Notes: a model not told the origin generated them from the sequence alone. Shown: positions 31,157 to 41,600, numbered from the stretch's first letter. The stretch: DNA of 64,000 bases from Methanomicrobiaceae archaeon (GCA_016928355.1 JAFGKW010000045.1:6625-70624), one strand, 5' to 3'. Translations and numbers: made by a program.

Positions 31157-31669
31157 ATGAGTAATATGACAGAAGAGACTGCAGTATTTGCCGGAGGGTG
31201 TTTCTGGCATATCGAAGAGGCGTTCGGGAAGTTTAAAGGAGTCGTTAAAACCCGTGTCGGATATACAGGGGGAATTACCTCAAATCCAACATATGAAGAT
31301 GTCTGTACCGGAATGACAGCCCATGCAGAGGCAGTCGAGGTAACATTCGCACCGGCGGCTGTATCATACGGTGAACTCCTAGAGGAGTTCTTTAGAATTC
31401 ACGACCCGACGACACCCGACAGGCAGGGGCCGGATGTAGGAACACAGTACAGGCCGGCGATCTTCTACACGAATGAGAGCCAGAAGAAAGTGGCCGAAGA
31501 GTTCATCAGGGAGCTTCAGGACTCAGGTAAGTTCGGCGGGAAAAAGATCGTGACCGAAGTCGAACCGCTCGGGACTTTCTGGGAGGCGGAGGAGTACCAC
31601 CAGAAGTATCTCTTTAAACTGAGAAAGCAGGGAGTAAACCCGGAATGCAGGATTGATACCGGCAGGTAG
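31157..31669 (+). CDS. msrA: Peptide methionine sulfoxide reductase A
   Basis: GCFW motif, 'AEEYHQKY'. Confidence 0.97.
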   Translation: MSNMTEETAVFAGGCFWHIEEAFGKFKGVVKTRVGYTGGITSNPTYEDVCTGMTAHAEAVEVTFAPAAVSYGELLEEFFRIHDPTTPDRQGPDVGTQYRPAIFYTNESQKKVAEEFIRELQDSGKFGGKKIVTEVEPLGTFWEAEEYHQKYLFKLRKQGVNPECRIDTGR

Positions 31670-31748
31670 ATGAAGATTGCCTGAAAGTCCTGTTTGGGGA
31701 GGATATATATATAAATAATTTTTTATACAAACGTGCTCTTTTTTTCAG

Positions 31749-31775
31749 GATTAGTCCCGATTATGAGGACTAATC
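31749..31775. promoter_or_regulatory. Perfect 9-bp inverted repeat upstream of the betaine transporter (candidate operator)
   Basis: GATTAGTCC-N9-GGACTAATC. Confidence 0.35.
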
Positions 31776-31999
31776 AGGGATTAAAAGACACATTTTCCCC
31801 ATATCATTCAATAAAGGGGACTGTATCTCTTATATCTATACAATCAGCCGCATAAAATTTATCAAAATTAATAAATAAAACATTTTTGAACACTTTTTGA
31901 GAAACTGACAGATTATACGGGGATTTGCAAACAGTTACTAAAGATAAAGCATATATACTATCAGCAGATATTGCCAATTATATCCGCCTGGTGGAAAAT

Positions 32000-33208
32000 A
32001 TGGAAGATACGGATAACGATAACAAAAAGATCAAACTGGAGGTCCGAAACCTTGTAAAGGTCTTCGGCCCTAAGCCCGAAAAGGCGTTGGCGCTTTTGGA
32101 CGAGGGTAAATCCAAAACGGAGATACTTGAGGCCACACAGCAGAATGTTGCCCTGAACAACGTCTCATTCGACGTATATGAAGGCGAGATCTTCGTCCTC
32201 ATGGGTCTTTCAGGCTGTGGCAAATCGACTCTTTTAAGGTGCTTAAACCGCCTCGTCGAGCCGACTTCCGGGAGTATACTTGTAGATGGGGACAATATAC
32301 CGGAGATGGACGAGGAGGAACTTCTGAATTTCAGGAGGCACAGGGTGGGGATGGTATTCCAGAGTTTTGCCCTCCTTCCCCACAGGTGCATCCTTGACAA
32401 TGTGGCATTCCCCCTTGAGATCCAGGGAATCTCCCAGGAAGAGAGGCATGAGAAGGCGGAGAAGGCCATCGGTCTCGTAGGTCTTGCCGGATATGAAAAC
32501 AGCCTGCCTTCCGAGCTTTCCGGCGGAATGCAGCAGCGTGTCGGGCTTGCAAGGGCTCTTGCCGGCGACAACGACATCCTACTGATGGACGAGGCCTTCA
32601 GTGCCCTGGATCCCCTGATAAGGAGGGAGATGCAGGATGAACTCCTCGACCTGCAGGAGCGGGTGAACAAGACGATAATCTTCGTAAGCCACGACCTTGA
32701 CGAGGCCTTAAAGCTCGGCGACCGGATTGCACTGATGAAGGACGGCTGTGTCGTCCAGGTGGGAACGGCCGAGGATATTCTAACCAACCCGGAGACGAAG
32801 TATGTCGAAAAGTTCGTAGAAGATGTTGATATGGCAAAGGTTCTCTCTGCAAAGGATGTTATGAAGAGGCCCGAACCGCTCGTCTCAGTCACATCCGGGC
32901 CTAACAACGCCCTCCACCTTATGGAGGAATACGGCATATCGAGCGTCTTTGCAGTTTCAAAGCACAGGAAATACGAAGGCCTTATCCTCGTCGACGATGC
33001 CACAGAGGCAAAAAAGAAAGGCCTTGGCCTTGAAGACATTATTAAAAGGGATATCCCTGCTGTCAGCCCCGATACACCTGTATCAGAGATAATGCCCCTT
33101 GTCGCCGACTCAGCGATTCCAATCCCGGTTCTCGATGATGAAGGTAAGATTAAGGGGATAATCATCAAGGGTTCGGTTCTTGCGGCCCTTTCAAGGATGG
33201 AGGTGTAA
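32000..33208 (+). CDS. proV: Glycine betaine/proline ABC transporter ATPase with CBS domains (ProV/OpuAA)
   Basis: GLSGCGKS, LSGGMQQRV, 'DEAFSALDPLIR', C-terminal CBS pair. Confidence 0.96.
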   Translation: MEDTDNDNKKIKLEVRNLVKVFGPKPEKALALLDEGKSKTEILEATQQNVALNNVSFDVYEGEIFVLMGLSGCGKSTLLRCLNRLVEPTSGSILVDGDNIPEMDEEELLNFRRHRVGMVFQSFALLPHRCILDNVAFPLEIQGISQEERHEKAEKAIGLVGLAGYENSLPSELSGGMQQRVGLARALAGDNDILLMDEAFSALDPLIRREMQDELLDLQERVNKTIIFVSHDLDEALKLGDRIALMKDGCVVQVGTAEDILTNPETKYVEKFVEDVDMAKVLSAKDVMKRPEPLVSVTSGPNNALHLMEEYGISSVFAVSKHRKYEGLILVDDATEAKKKGLGLEDIIKRDIPAVSPDTPVSEIMPLVADSAIPIPVLDDEGKIKGIIIKGSVLAALSRMEV

Positions 33209-33211
33209 AAG

Positions 33212-34066
33212 ATGGCCGATAAATCGTATGCAATATTTCCAAAGATTCCATTGGGAGACGGGGTGGAGTATATCGTCGACTGGATCGACACCTGGTTCGG
33301 GTGGCTTCTTGACGCGGTAAACTATATACTCGACATCTTCGTCTCGGCCATACAGGATCTCCTGCTCTTCATACCGTCGCTCATCATCATCCTACTCTTC
33401 GCTGCAGCAGGCTGGTATGTAACAAACAGGGACTGGAAGATGCCGGTTCTAATCGCTTTGGGGCTTCTTCTAATCCAGAACATGCGCCTGTGGCCCGAGG
33501 CGATGGAGACGCTTGCACTCGTGATAACAGCTGCGTTCGTCGCACTGATTATCGCCATTCCGACAGGAATTGCAGCATCTAGAAACGAGACCGTAGAACA
33601 GATCGTAAAGCCTGTCCTGGACTTCATGCAGACAATGCCTTCTTTCGTCTACCTGATACCTGCCGTGATATTCTTCGGTCTTGGGGATGTCCCGGGAATC
33701 ATCGCAACGGTCATCTTCGCGATGCCGCCTGCAATAAGGCTTACAAACCTTGGGATCAGGCAGGTGCCCAGGGAACTCAACGAAGTGGCCGATTCGTTTG
33801 GTGCAACACCGAACCAGAAGCTCTTCAAGGTTCAGCTGCCTGTGGCACTTCCGACGATCATGGCCGGTATTAACCAGTGCATCATGCTTGCACTGTCAAT
33901 GACCGTCATCGCCTCGATGATCGGCGCCGGCGGGCTGGGACTGAACGTGCTGATAGGAATCCAGAGGGTTGATATCGGCATGGGATTTGAGGCGGGTCTT
34001 GCAATCGTTATAATCGCCATAATACTCGACCGGCTCTCACAGAACCTGATTAAAACAGGGGGGTAA
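33212..34066 (+). CDS. proW: Glycine betaine ABC transporter permease (ProW/OpuAB)
   Basis: 'LDFMQTMPSFVYLIP', 'IRLTNLGIRQV'. Confidence 0.96.
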   Translation: MADKSYAIFPKIPLGDGVEYIVDWIDTWFGWLLDAVNYILDIFVSAIQDLLLFIPSLIIILLFAAAGWYVTNRDWKMPVLIALGLLLIQNMRLWPEAMETLALVITAAFVALIIAIPTGIAASRNETVEQIVKPVLDFMQTMPSFVYLIPAVIFFGLGDVPGIIATVIFAMPPAIRLTNLGIRQVPRELNEVADSFGATPNQKLFKVQLPVALPTIMAGINQCIMLALSMTVIASMIGAGGLGLNVLIGIQRVDIGMGFEAGLAIVIIAIILDRLSQNLIKTGG

Positions 34067-34194
34067 AACCCCACATATTTATATGGTGAGAAAGATAATT
34101 AACCGGAAAGGCTATTTTACCTTTTTTTGCCATAATCGGGCTTTTTTTGAAAGGCAGAACGCCCGCAGGAACGCCCGGTAAAGGAGGAATGGAA

Positions 34195-35094
34195 ATGAAT
34201 GGGAAATTAAAAACAATTACACTGGTGATTTCAATAATGCTCGCCTTTACACTCTTTGCAGGATGTACAGGGAGCGAAATGGGACCGGAAGGAGGACAGG
34301 CGGCGCCGACACAGGCTGCAGAGAGCAAAGGCGAGGTAAGCATCGGGTATGTTCTCTGGGATTCGGAGATCGCAAGCACGAACGTGCTGAAACAGGTCTT
34401 CGAGAAGGCCGGATATGAGGTTGACCTCGTAGCTGTGGATGCAGGGCCGCTTTACCAGGCTCTTGCAGACGGTCAGGTCGACTGCTCGGTATCTGCATGG
34501 CTTCCGGGAACCCACAAGAACTACTGGGATACGTACGGGGATGATATCGACCTCGTCGGAAAGAGTATGGAAGGAACGAGGATTGGCCTCGTTGTCCCGA
34601 CATATGTCACAATCGATTCGATAGAGGAGCTTAACGGCGTTTCCGACAAGTTTGACGGAAAGATCACCGGAATCGAACCCGGTGCCGGGATCATGCAGGC
34701 AACAGAACAGGCGATAGAGGACTACGGTCTCGACTACAAGCTTGTTTCATCCAGCAGTGCCGGAATGGCAGCTGAACTTGCCAAGGCATATAAGGACGAG
34801 GAATGGATCGTCGTAACAGGATGGACACCCCACTGGAAGTTTGCACGCTACGACCTCAAGTACCTCGAGGACCCGAAGGGCATCTATGGTGGTGAAGAAT
34901 ATATAGGAACACTTGCCCGCCAGGGTCTTGCAGAAGATAAGCCGGGCGTATACGCGATTTTAGAGAAGTTCGCATGGACTGCTGACGATATGTCAAGTGT
35001 AATGCTTGAGATCGAAGGCGGGAAGTCTGAAGAGGATGCAGCAGCCGCATGGATTGATGCAAACTCCGATACAGTAAACAGCTGGATCTCTTAA
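34195..35094 (+). CDS. proX: Glycine betaine-binding lipoprotein (ProX/OpuAC)
   Basis: Lipobox FAGC, 'WLP.TH', 'GWTPHW', 'LEDPK'; AGGAGG RBS before ATG 34195. Confidence 0.94.
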   Translation: MNGKLKTITLVISIMLAFTLFAGCTGSEMGPEGGQAAPTQAAESKGEVSIGYVLWDSEIASTNVLKQVFEKAGYEVDLVAVDAGPLYQALADGQVDCSVSAWLPGTHKNYWDTYGDDIDLVGKSMEGTRIGLVVPTYVTIDSIEELNGVSDKFDGKITGIEPGAGIMQATEQAIEDYGLDYKLVSSSSAGMAAELAKAYKDEEWIVVTGWTPHWKFARYDLKYLEDPKGIYGGEEYIGTLARQGLAEDKPGVYAILEKFAWTADDMSSVMLEIEGGKSEEDAAAAWIDANSDTVNSWIS

Positions 35095-35105
35095 ACTAAC
35101 TTTTT

Positions 35106-35309
35106 TTAGCCTCTCGAGGCTGTTTCGGCAATAACGTATTTATCTCCGGTTATGTACTCGTCCTCCGGGACAGGGATGCCGTCTTTGAAGACGATGACGG
35201 TGTCGGGGATCAAGCCTATTGAAAGCAGCATATCAGAGAGCTTTTCGCCTCCGGTAAATTCGTATTCGAGATCCTTCGACTGTCTTTTAATACGGACTTT
35301 GCACTTCAT
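35106..35309 (-). CDS. Ubiquitin-like MoaD/ThiS (SAMP-like) small protein ending in SRG
   Basis: 67 aa beta-grasp-like pattern 'L..IG..PD.VIV..DG..VP.D'. Confidence 0.75.
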   Translation of the reverse strand: MKCKVRIKRQSKDLEYEFTGGEKLSDMLLSIGLIPDTVIVFKDGIPVPEDEYITGDKYVIAETASRG

Positions 35310-35698
35310 CAGGCACCCCCCAGTGAGATTAACTCCCCGGTTACATCGATATGCACATGGACCATCTGGAAGAGGAGGGCAATGACATATATCAGCACTA
35401 CAAAGGTCAGCATGAGCATCAGCCGGAAATTTCTCTTCCGGAAGTTTTCTAGGATGTCTGAGGATATAGGAACGGCGGGAATGATCAGGAATATCAACCC
35501 AAAGATCGTGAGCGAGGCTATAATCGCCAGGTAGTCATAGTAAGGCGGAATCCGGATAATAAAATTTTCAAGGACAAAGTAATAGATCGACCTGTAACTT
35601 AGGATTGTTGCAATAAGGAGCAGGCCAAAGAAGGACGAGTACGAACCGACCAGACTGAGTTCCTCCCTTTCAAGTCCGAACATCTTTTCCCGGGGCAT
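35309..35698 (-). CDS. Hypothetical 3-TM membrane protein
   Basis: Three hydrophobic segments; stop overlaps the start of the ThiS-like gene. Confidence 0.7.
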   Translation of the reverse strand: MPREKMFGLEREELSLVGSYSSFFGLLLIATILSYRSIYYFVLENFIIRIPPYYDYLAIIASLTIFGLIFLIIPAVPISSDILENFRKRNFRLMLMLTFVVLIYVIALLFQMVHVHIDVTGELISLGGA

Positions 35699-35898
35699 AT
35701 TATCATTATTCTATAATGCGGTTTTTCATATAACATTGTCCAAAATCCCCTCAGGTCATGCAGCGGTATCCTTATTTCATTTAATGTCAAATATATAGAT
35801 TCAGCATTGTGCAAACGCGGAATGCAGACACTTTGAATGAAAATGATTGTCCCATTTTCATAATAAGTGCCGGAAGCAGTTGTTTCACAAATTAAATT

Positions 35899-35982
35899 GC
35901 CGAGATAGTCTAGTCCGGGAAGGCGGTAGCCTCGAAAGCTACTGGTGTTCGCACCTCGGGAGTTCAAATCTCCCTCTCGGCG
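35899..35982 (+). tRNA. tRNA-Ser(CGA)
   Basis: Acceptor GCCGAGA/TCTCGGC, anticodon arm GTAGC-CT CGA AA-GCTAC, long variable arm, GTTCAAAT T-loop, T-tract after; CCA not encoded. Confidence 0.97.
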
Positions 35983-36005
35983 TTTTTAGGTTTTGATTCT
36001 TTTAC

Positions 36006-36064
36006 TGAATATGTAAACTTATGCAATAATTTATCTGATAACGAACCATATTAAAATCAGGAAT
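36006..36064 (+). promoter_or_regulatory. 59-bp promoter-like block, copy 1
   Basis: 52/59 identical to 38008-38066; contains TTTAT box; precedes the antitoxin gene. Confidence 0.7.
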
Positions 36065-36101
36065 AATTCATTAAATTACGAATAAAAGGAGGTCAGGTAT
36101 T

Positions 36102-36305
36102 ATGATTGAAATAAAGCGCCAGTATATAATGTCCGAAGACAACAAGCCGGTCAGCGTAATAATCGATATATCAACGTTTGAAAAGATTGAATCGGTCATG
36201 GAGGATTTCGGGCTTGCTAAATATATCACAGAAGCTGACGAAGAAGAGCCCCTGAACCACTCCGATGCTCTCAAATATTACAGGGACTTAAAGGAATCCG
36301 CCTGA
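36102..36305 (+). CDS. Putative antitoxin (RelB-like partner)
   Basis: 67 aa, acidic, AGGAGG RBS, immediately upstream of the RelE-like gene. Confidence 0.75.
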   Translation: MIEIKRQYIMSEDNKPVSVIIDISTFEKIESVMEDFGLAKYITEADEEEPLNHSDALKYYRDLKESA

Positions 36306-36306
36306 A

Positions 36307-36579
36307 ATGCCAGAATGTTACTATAAAAAGGCATTCCTGAAAGATCTCTTTAAAATTCAAAATCCTGTCCAAAAACGCATTGAAGATCTTGTTTTCAATA
36401 AAATACCTGAATCAAAAGATATTTTTTCAGAATTTGATATCAGCAGAATGAAAGGAATGCCCGGATTTTTCAGGATGCGACAGGGGAGATACAGGATAGG
36501 ATTTGAATTGACTGAAGACAACAGGATAATATTTTACCGCGTGAAAAGCAGGGAAGAGATCTATTCTGTATTTCCGTGA
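36307..36579 (+). CDS. relE: RelE/ParE family toxin
   Basis: 'FRMRQGRYRIGF', C-terminal 'SREEIY'. Confidence 0.88.
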   Translation: MPECYYKKAFLKDLFKIQNPVQKRIEDLVFNKIPESKDIFSEFDISRMKGMPGFFRMRQGRYRIGFELTEDNRIIFYRVKSREEIYSVFP

Positions 36580-36615
36580 ATTTTTTTATGCCTGATTGCC
36601 GATATTGAAGACCGC

Positions 36616-36716
36616 TCTGTCACTACATATTGACAAAAAATTAATTTTAGACCTTTTGTCAGGTTTTGTTGACGAATAAGATTATGAAGAGGTTTTTGTC
36701 AGGAAAAGTTGACAAA
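36616..36716. repeat. Three palindromic boxes T(T/C)TGTCA-N8-TGAC(A/G)AA downstream of fic
   Basis: Copies at 36616-36637, 36655-36676, 36695-36716. Confidence 0.85.
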
Positions 36717-36744
36717 TATCGCAAAGTTCTGATTAAAAATTGGA

Positions 36745-37902
36745 TTATAATTGTGTCCCTTTCTGGATAATAGCGACATAATCAACGAATATATACTTTT
36801 TATGGCTCTTCTTTCCGGTGATCTCTGCCAGTATCCCGATCTCTTCAAACCTGTTCACAAGGAGGTTGGCTGTCTGCCTGCTTGTGCCGAGAAGGCCTGC
36901 GGCCTGCGTTGCGGTGATTAACGGGTAATCAAAGAGGGTGTCGATCAATTTTACCGCATGAACCCCGCCGATATTGTTCTCGATAAGCCTTGAGACGAGA
37001 GTGTTCTTCAGGCCGATTATCTCCTTTGCGGTCTCGATCGAGTTATCCGAGACCTCGATGATTCCCCTTAGGAAGAACTCTGTCCATGACTCCCAGTCGC
37101 CGCTGAATCTCACCTCATTTAAGAGCCGGTAGTACTCGTCGCGGTTCTTTTTCAGGTAGACACTCAGGTACAGCAGGGGTTTTGAGAGGATATTCTTCCA
37201 GTAGAGGTAGTATGTTATGAGAAGACGGCCCATTCTGCCGTTTCCGTCCAGGTACGGGTGTATGGATTCAAACTGGGCGTGGATTAATGCGATCTTTATC
37301 AGCGGGGGCAGCCTGTCCTTTTCGAGGATGAACCTTAGGAGGTCTTCCAGCAGACTCATTACCTCATCCGGCGGCGGAGGGACGTAGACCGCGTCGAATA
37401 TGGTTCCGCCCTGCACCCCGATCCAGTTCTGGACGTCCCTGATCCTGCCGGGGTGCATGTGCGTTCCCCGGCCTCCCTTTATGAGGAATTTGTGAATTTC
37501 ATTCAGTAATTCGAGTGAAAAATCTGCAAAACCGAGTTTTTCGATACCGTGATGCATCGCTTTGATATAGTTCATTACCTCGGCGACCTCGTTGATGTCG
37601 TCTCTGGGCTCTATCTTCGCCTCGAACTCGAGGACGCCCTGGAGCGATGCCTGGGTACCCTCGATCTGGGAGCTTAAAAGCGCCTCCTTCTTGATATACA
37701 TCGCGACGAAGAGGTCGGGATTCGGAAGGACGTACGTCACCCCGTCGAGCCGTGCCAGGGCCCCGTCGGCCTTTGACAGCAGGACCTGCAGGTTTTCATC
37801 CAGTTCCAGGCCGGCAGGAGGCAGGGGGTTGGGAACGAATGCCAGGTACCCCTGTTTCTGGAGAACAAGCCTCCCGGCCCGTTCGCTCTTCAGCGTCTTC
37901 AC
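36745..37902 (-). CDS. fic: Fic family protein (class II, with C-terminal HTH)
   Basis: HPYLDGNGRMGR catalytic motif, N-terminal SSQIEG inhibitory motif. Confidence 0.95.
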   Translation of the reverse strand: MKTLKSERAGRLVLQKQGYLAFVPNPLPPAGLELDENLQVLLSKADGALARLDGVTYVLPNPDLFVAMYIKKEALLSSQIEGTQASLQGVLEFEAKIEPRDDINEVAEVMNYIKAMHHGIEKLGFADFSLELLNEIHKFLIKGGRGTHMHPGRIRDVQNWIGVQGGTIFDAVYVPPPPDEVMSLLEDLLRFILEKDRLPPLIKIALIHAQFESIHPYLDGNGRMGRLLITYYLYWKNILSKPLLYLSVYLKKNRDEYYRLLNEVRFSGDWESWTEFFLRGIIEVSDNSIETAKEIIGLKNTLVSRLIENNIGGVHAVKLIDTLFDYPLITATQAAGLLGTSRQTANLLVNRFEEIGILAEITGKKSHKKYIFVDYVAIIQKGTQL

Positions 37903-37940
37903 AACAGGTAATAGATCTTCATGATAGATAAATCCGCTTT

Positions 37941-38002
37941 TTTGTCAGGCTTTGTTGACGAATTTCGGGGACGACGGGGATTTGTCAGGGGCGGTTGACG
38001 AA
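37941..38002. repeat. Two palindromic boxes TTTGTCA-N8-TGACGAA upstream of fic
   Basis: Copies at 37941-37962 and 37981-38002. Confidence 0.85.
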
Positions 38003-38007
38003 ATTTA

Positions 38008-38066
38008 TGAATATGTAAGCCTATGCAACAATTTATCTGATTCAGCACCATATTAAAATCAGGAAT
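38008..38066 (+). promoter_or_regulatory. 59-bp promoter-like block, copy 2 (ends at the hicB ATG)
   Basis: Direct repeat of 36006-36064. Confidence 0.7.
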
Positions 38067-38271
38067 GAAATTCAACGTGGTCATAGAAAGAGACGAAGAC
38101 GGGATATATATCGCAGAGATTCCCGAACTTCCGGGATGCCATACACAGGCAAAAGACATCCCTACCCTGATGGAGAGGATCAGGGAGGCGGCTGAACTCT
38201 ATACCGGAGAATGTGGAGAACTTCCAAAAATGGAATTTGTTGGTCTTCAGCTGATAGAAATAAATGTTTAA
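38065..38271 (+). CDS. hicB: HicB family antitoxin (short form)
   Basis: 'VIERDEDG.Y.AE.PELPGCHTQA'. Confidence 0.9.
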   Translation: MKFNVVIERDEDGIYIAEIPELPGCHTQAKDIPTLMERIREAAELYTGECGELPKMEFVGLQLIEINV

Positions 38272-38279
38272 AGCTACAG

Positions 38280-38504
38280 ATGAGCCACATCACACCACAG
38301 CCGCCTGAAAAAGTCTGCAAAGCCATAGAAAAACTGGGATTTATTCAGGTACGGCAAAAGGGAAGCCATATCTTTTACCGCCATCCTGACGGAAGGACCA
38401 CGATTGTCCCGTTTCATAAAGGCGAAGAGATCTCAAAAGGTCTGCTGTTAAAGATTATCCGGGATTGCGATATCTCTAAAGAAGATTTTTTCGGGTTGTT
38501 ATAA
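38280..38504 (+). CDS. hicA: HicA family toxin
   Basis: 'LGF...RQKGSH...HPDGR.T.VP.H...I.KG.L..I'; ATG at 38280. Confidence 0.9.
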   Translation: MSHITPQPPEKVCKAIEKLGFIQVRQKGSHIFYRHPDGRTTIVPFHKGEEISKGLLLKIIRDCDISKEDFFGLL

Positions 38505-38505
38505 C

Positions 38506-38557
38506 CCGGGAAGGTGATGGTGTTTGCGCCTCAGGAGTTTGAATTTTCTTTCTGGGG
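38506..38557 (+). pseudogene. Degenerate copy of tRNA-Ser (att-like scar)
   Basis: Exact CCGGGAAGG, then about 28/40 identity to the tRNA 3' half; anticodon arm missing; followed by the same T-tract. Confidence 0.75.
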
Positions 38558-38622
38558 TTTTTTTTGATTATTTTAATATTCATACATCAAATTCATGTAT
38601 TATTCCACCAAAATAGTGATTA

Positions 38623-41600
38623 ATGGACCTTATCCCCGGCATTTATGAACAATTGATAAATGAATATCTACAATTAAAACTCTCATCAGCAGAACCAAAC
38701 CTAACTTCATACAAGGAAAAAATTTCAAATTATGACCCTCAAGCGGTCCTCTCTCGATATCTGTATAAATTGTTTGAAAATACTCTCAGGAATGCCGAAG
38801 ATAAAAAGATCCCATTAGAGAAACAAATTGAAATCTGTAACAATATAATATCTCAAATCGCCTCCGACATAGATGATGATCTCATTAATCAATGCAAAAT
38901 TACTAAAGACGCGGAATTATTACTCGCAATTCTTGAAAGAGAAAAATCAGGATTGCTAAAAAAGGAAACTATTTCACGTCCAGAAACATCAATTGCTCAT
39001 AGTAGTCTATTTACAGGTTCACCATTTGAACCGGGATTGATCCATGAGATTAAAAAAGAGATTAAAAGTTCAGATAGAGTTGATCTTCTCATTTCTTTCA
39101 TTAAATGGAGTGGGATTCGTTTAATTTTAGAAGACTTAGAAGAATTTGTCAAAAAAGGGCGATTACGAATAATTACGACTTCATATACAGGTGCAACGGA
39201 CATCAAAGCAATTGAATCCCTCTCTAAACTCCCAAATACAACAATTAAAATTTCTTATGATACAGAACGAACTCGACTACATGCCAAATCTTACATATTT
39301 CACAGAAATAATGGATTTTCAACGGCATATATCGGTTCATCAAATCTTTCAAACCCTGCTGTTACAAGTGGACTTGAATGGAACCTAAAAGTAACCGAAC
39401 AGGATTCAAGAGATATTTTAAAGAAAATCGATGCGACATTTGATACATATTGGAATGACTCTGAATTCATTGAATATCATGAAGAGAGTAATGAAAAACT
39501 TCGCATCGCCCTTTCAAAAGAGAGGAAAAAAGAGAATGAAATAATTCCTATATTCAATATTAAGCCATTTCACTATCAAGAAGAGATCCTCGATAAATTA
39601 AAAGCAGAAAGAGAACTACACGAAAATTATAAAAATCTCATTGTGGCGGCGACAGGGACGGGTAAAACTGTCATATCTGCATTTGATTACAAATCAATCG
39701 TGTTAAACTCTAAAGGATATCCCAATCTTTTATTCGTCGCCCATCGTGAAGAGATACTAAACCAAAGTATTCAAACATTTAGAGGAATATTGAAAGACCC
39801 AAATTTTGGAGATCTTTTAGTTGGTGGGAATGAGCCTTCTCAAATCAATCATCTTTTCACATCAATACAGAGTTTTAATAGTAAAAAATTGACAGAGATC
39901 ACTGAAAAAGATACATATGATATGATTATTGTTGATGAATTCCATCATGCCGCAGCCCCATCATATCAAGATCTTCTATCATATTACGAACCACAAATTC
40001 TCATCGGACTTACAGCAACTCCGGAGAGGATGGATAACCTCGACATTTTAAAATATTTTAACAATAAAATCACCGCAGAGATTAGGTTGCCTGAAGCAAT
40101 AAATCGAAAATTACTCTCTCCTTTCCATTATTTTGGAGTTACTGACATTGTAAACTTAGATTCAGTTGAATGGACTCGAGGAAGATATGATCCCACCCAA
40201 TTAAGTGAACTATATACCGGAAATAAAGAGAGGGTTGAGAATATCATTCAGGCATTGAAGAGATATTCAACAGATATTGGAGAGATAATTGGACTTGGGT
40301 TTTGTGTGTCGATAGAGCATGCAAAATTTATGGCTGAGTCATTTAATGATGCAGGGATTCCATCCACATTCTTATATGCTAATAGTCCTCGTAGTGAAAG
40401 ATATTCTATTCAAAAAGACTTAGTTAACAAAAAATACAATTTCATCTTTGTTATCGATCTTTACAACGAAGGAGTTGACATTCCGGAGATTAACACTATC
40501 CTATTCCTCCGACCGACTGAGAGTCTAACAATTTTTATTCAACAATTAGGAAGAGGTCTAAGACTTGCAGACGGCAAGGAATGCTTAACAGTTCTTGATT
40601 TTGTTGGACGACATAATACAAATTATCAATTTGGAAAATACCTTAATTCATTACTCTCAGAAAATAAGAGATCTCTAATAACCCAAATTGAAGAAAACTC
40701 GTATTCCCTTCCAAAAGGTTGCCATATACATCTTGAAAAAGTGGCACAAGAAAGAGTTCTTGAAAACATCAAAGCCAATATAACAACAAGAAGAACATTG
40801 ATTGAAAATATAAAAACATTTGAAGAAAAAACTGGAGAAAAGTTATCTTTTAAGGCCTTTTTAAACTATTATTCCCTCAAACCAATTGACATATATCGCA
40901 AGAATACTTTCTATGGATTATGTTGTGAAGCAGGAATATTTCCAGATAACAAGGACAATAATTCTATATTCACAAGCAAATCAGGTATCAGACTTAGTAC
41001 AATAGATTCACCAAAATTCATCAGATTCATTAAATCATTCTTAGATAAGCCTGAAAAATATTCACTTGAGACCCTCTCTGAATCTGAAAAGAATATTATC
41101 TCAATGTTTTACTATTCTTTAACTGAAGATCCTATTACTCAATTAAATAGAGATTTGAAAGAGATATTCTCAGAAATATTTGAAAGTGAAATAATTAAAG
41201 AAGAGATCTATGATCTTTTAGACTACAACTTTGACAATATTGAATTTATACCAGAATCCATTGATCTTGGTTTTGAATCGCCAATTGAATTGCATTGTTC
41301 TTATACTCGCGATCAATTATTTGCTGGAATTGGACATTACACAATGACAGAAAAACCCTCTAAAGGAAGTCGTGAAGGAGTCCTATTCCTCGAAGATAAA
41401 CAGGTCGATATATTCCTAATTACATTGAACAAGACAGAGGAGCTCTATTCTCCAACCACAATGTATATGGATTATGCAATATCTGAAAAAATATTCCATT
41501 GGCAATCTCAGAGCACCACATCTGAAACATCACCAACTGGATTAAGATACATCAATCACGATAAGAATGGTAGTAAGATACTATTCTTCGTCCGTGAATT

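Noticed and set aside
31978-33291. 437-aa minus-strand ORF
   Set aside because: Antisense shadow of proV; Ser/Arg-rich with no motifs
35599-35967. 122-aa minus-strand ORF
   Set aside because: Antisense to tRNA-Ser and overlaps a better gene
36616-38002. CRISPR mini-array interpretation of the 40-bp-periodic boxes
   Set aside because: Repeat cores vary, spacers are only 17-18 nt, the arrays are split by a gene, and no cas genes are present
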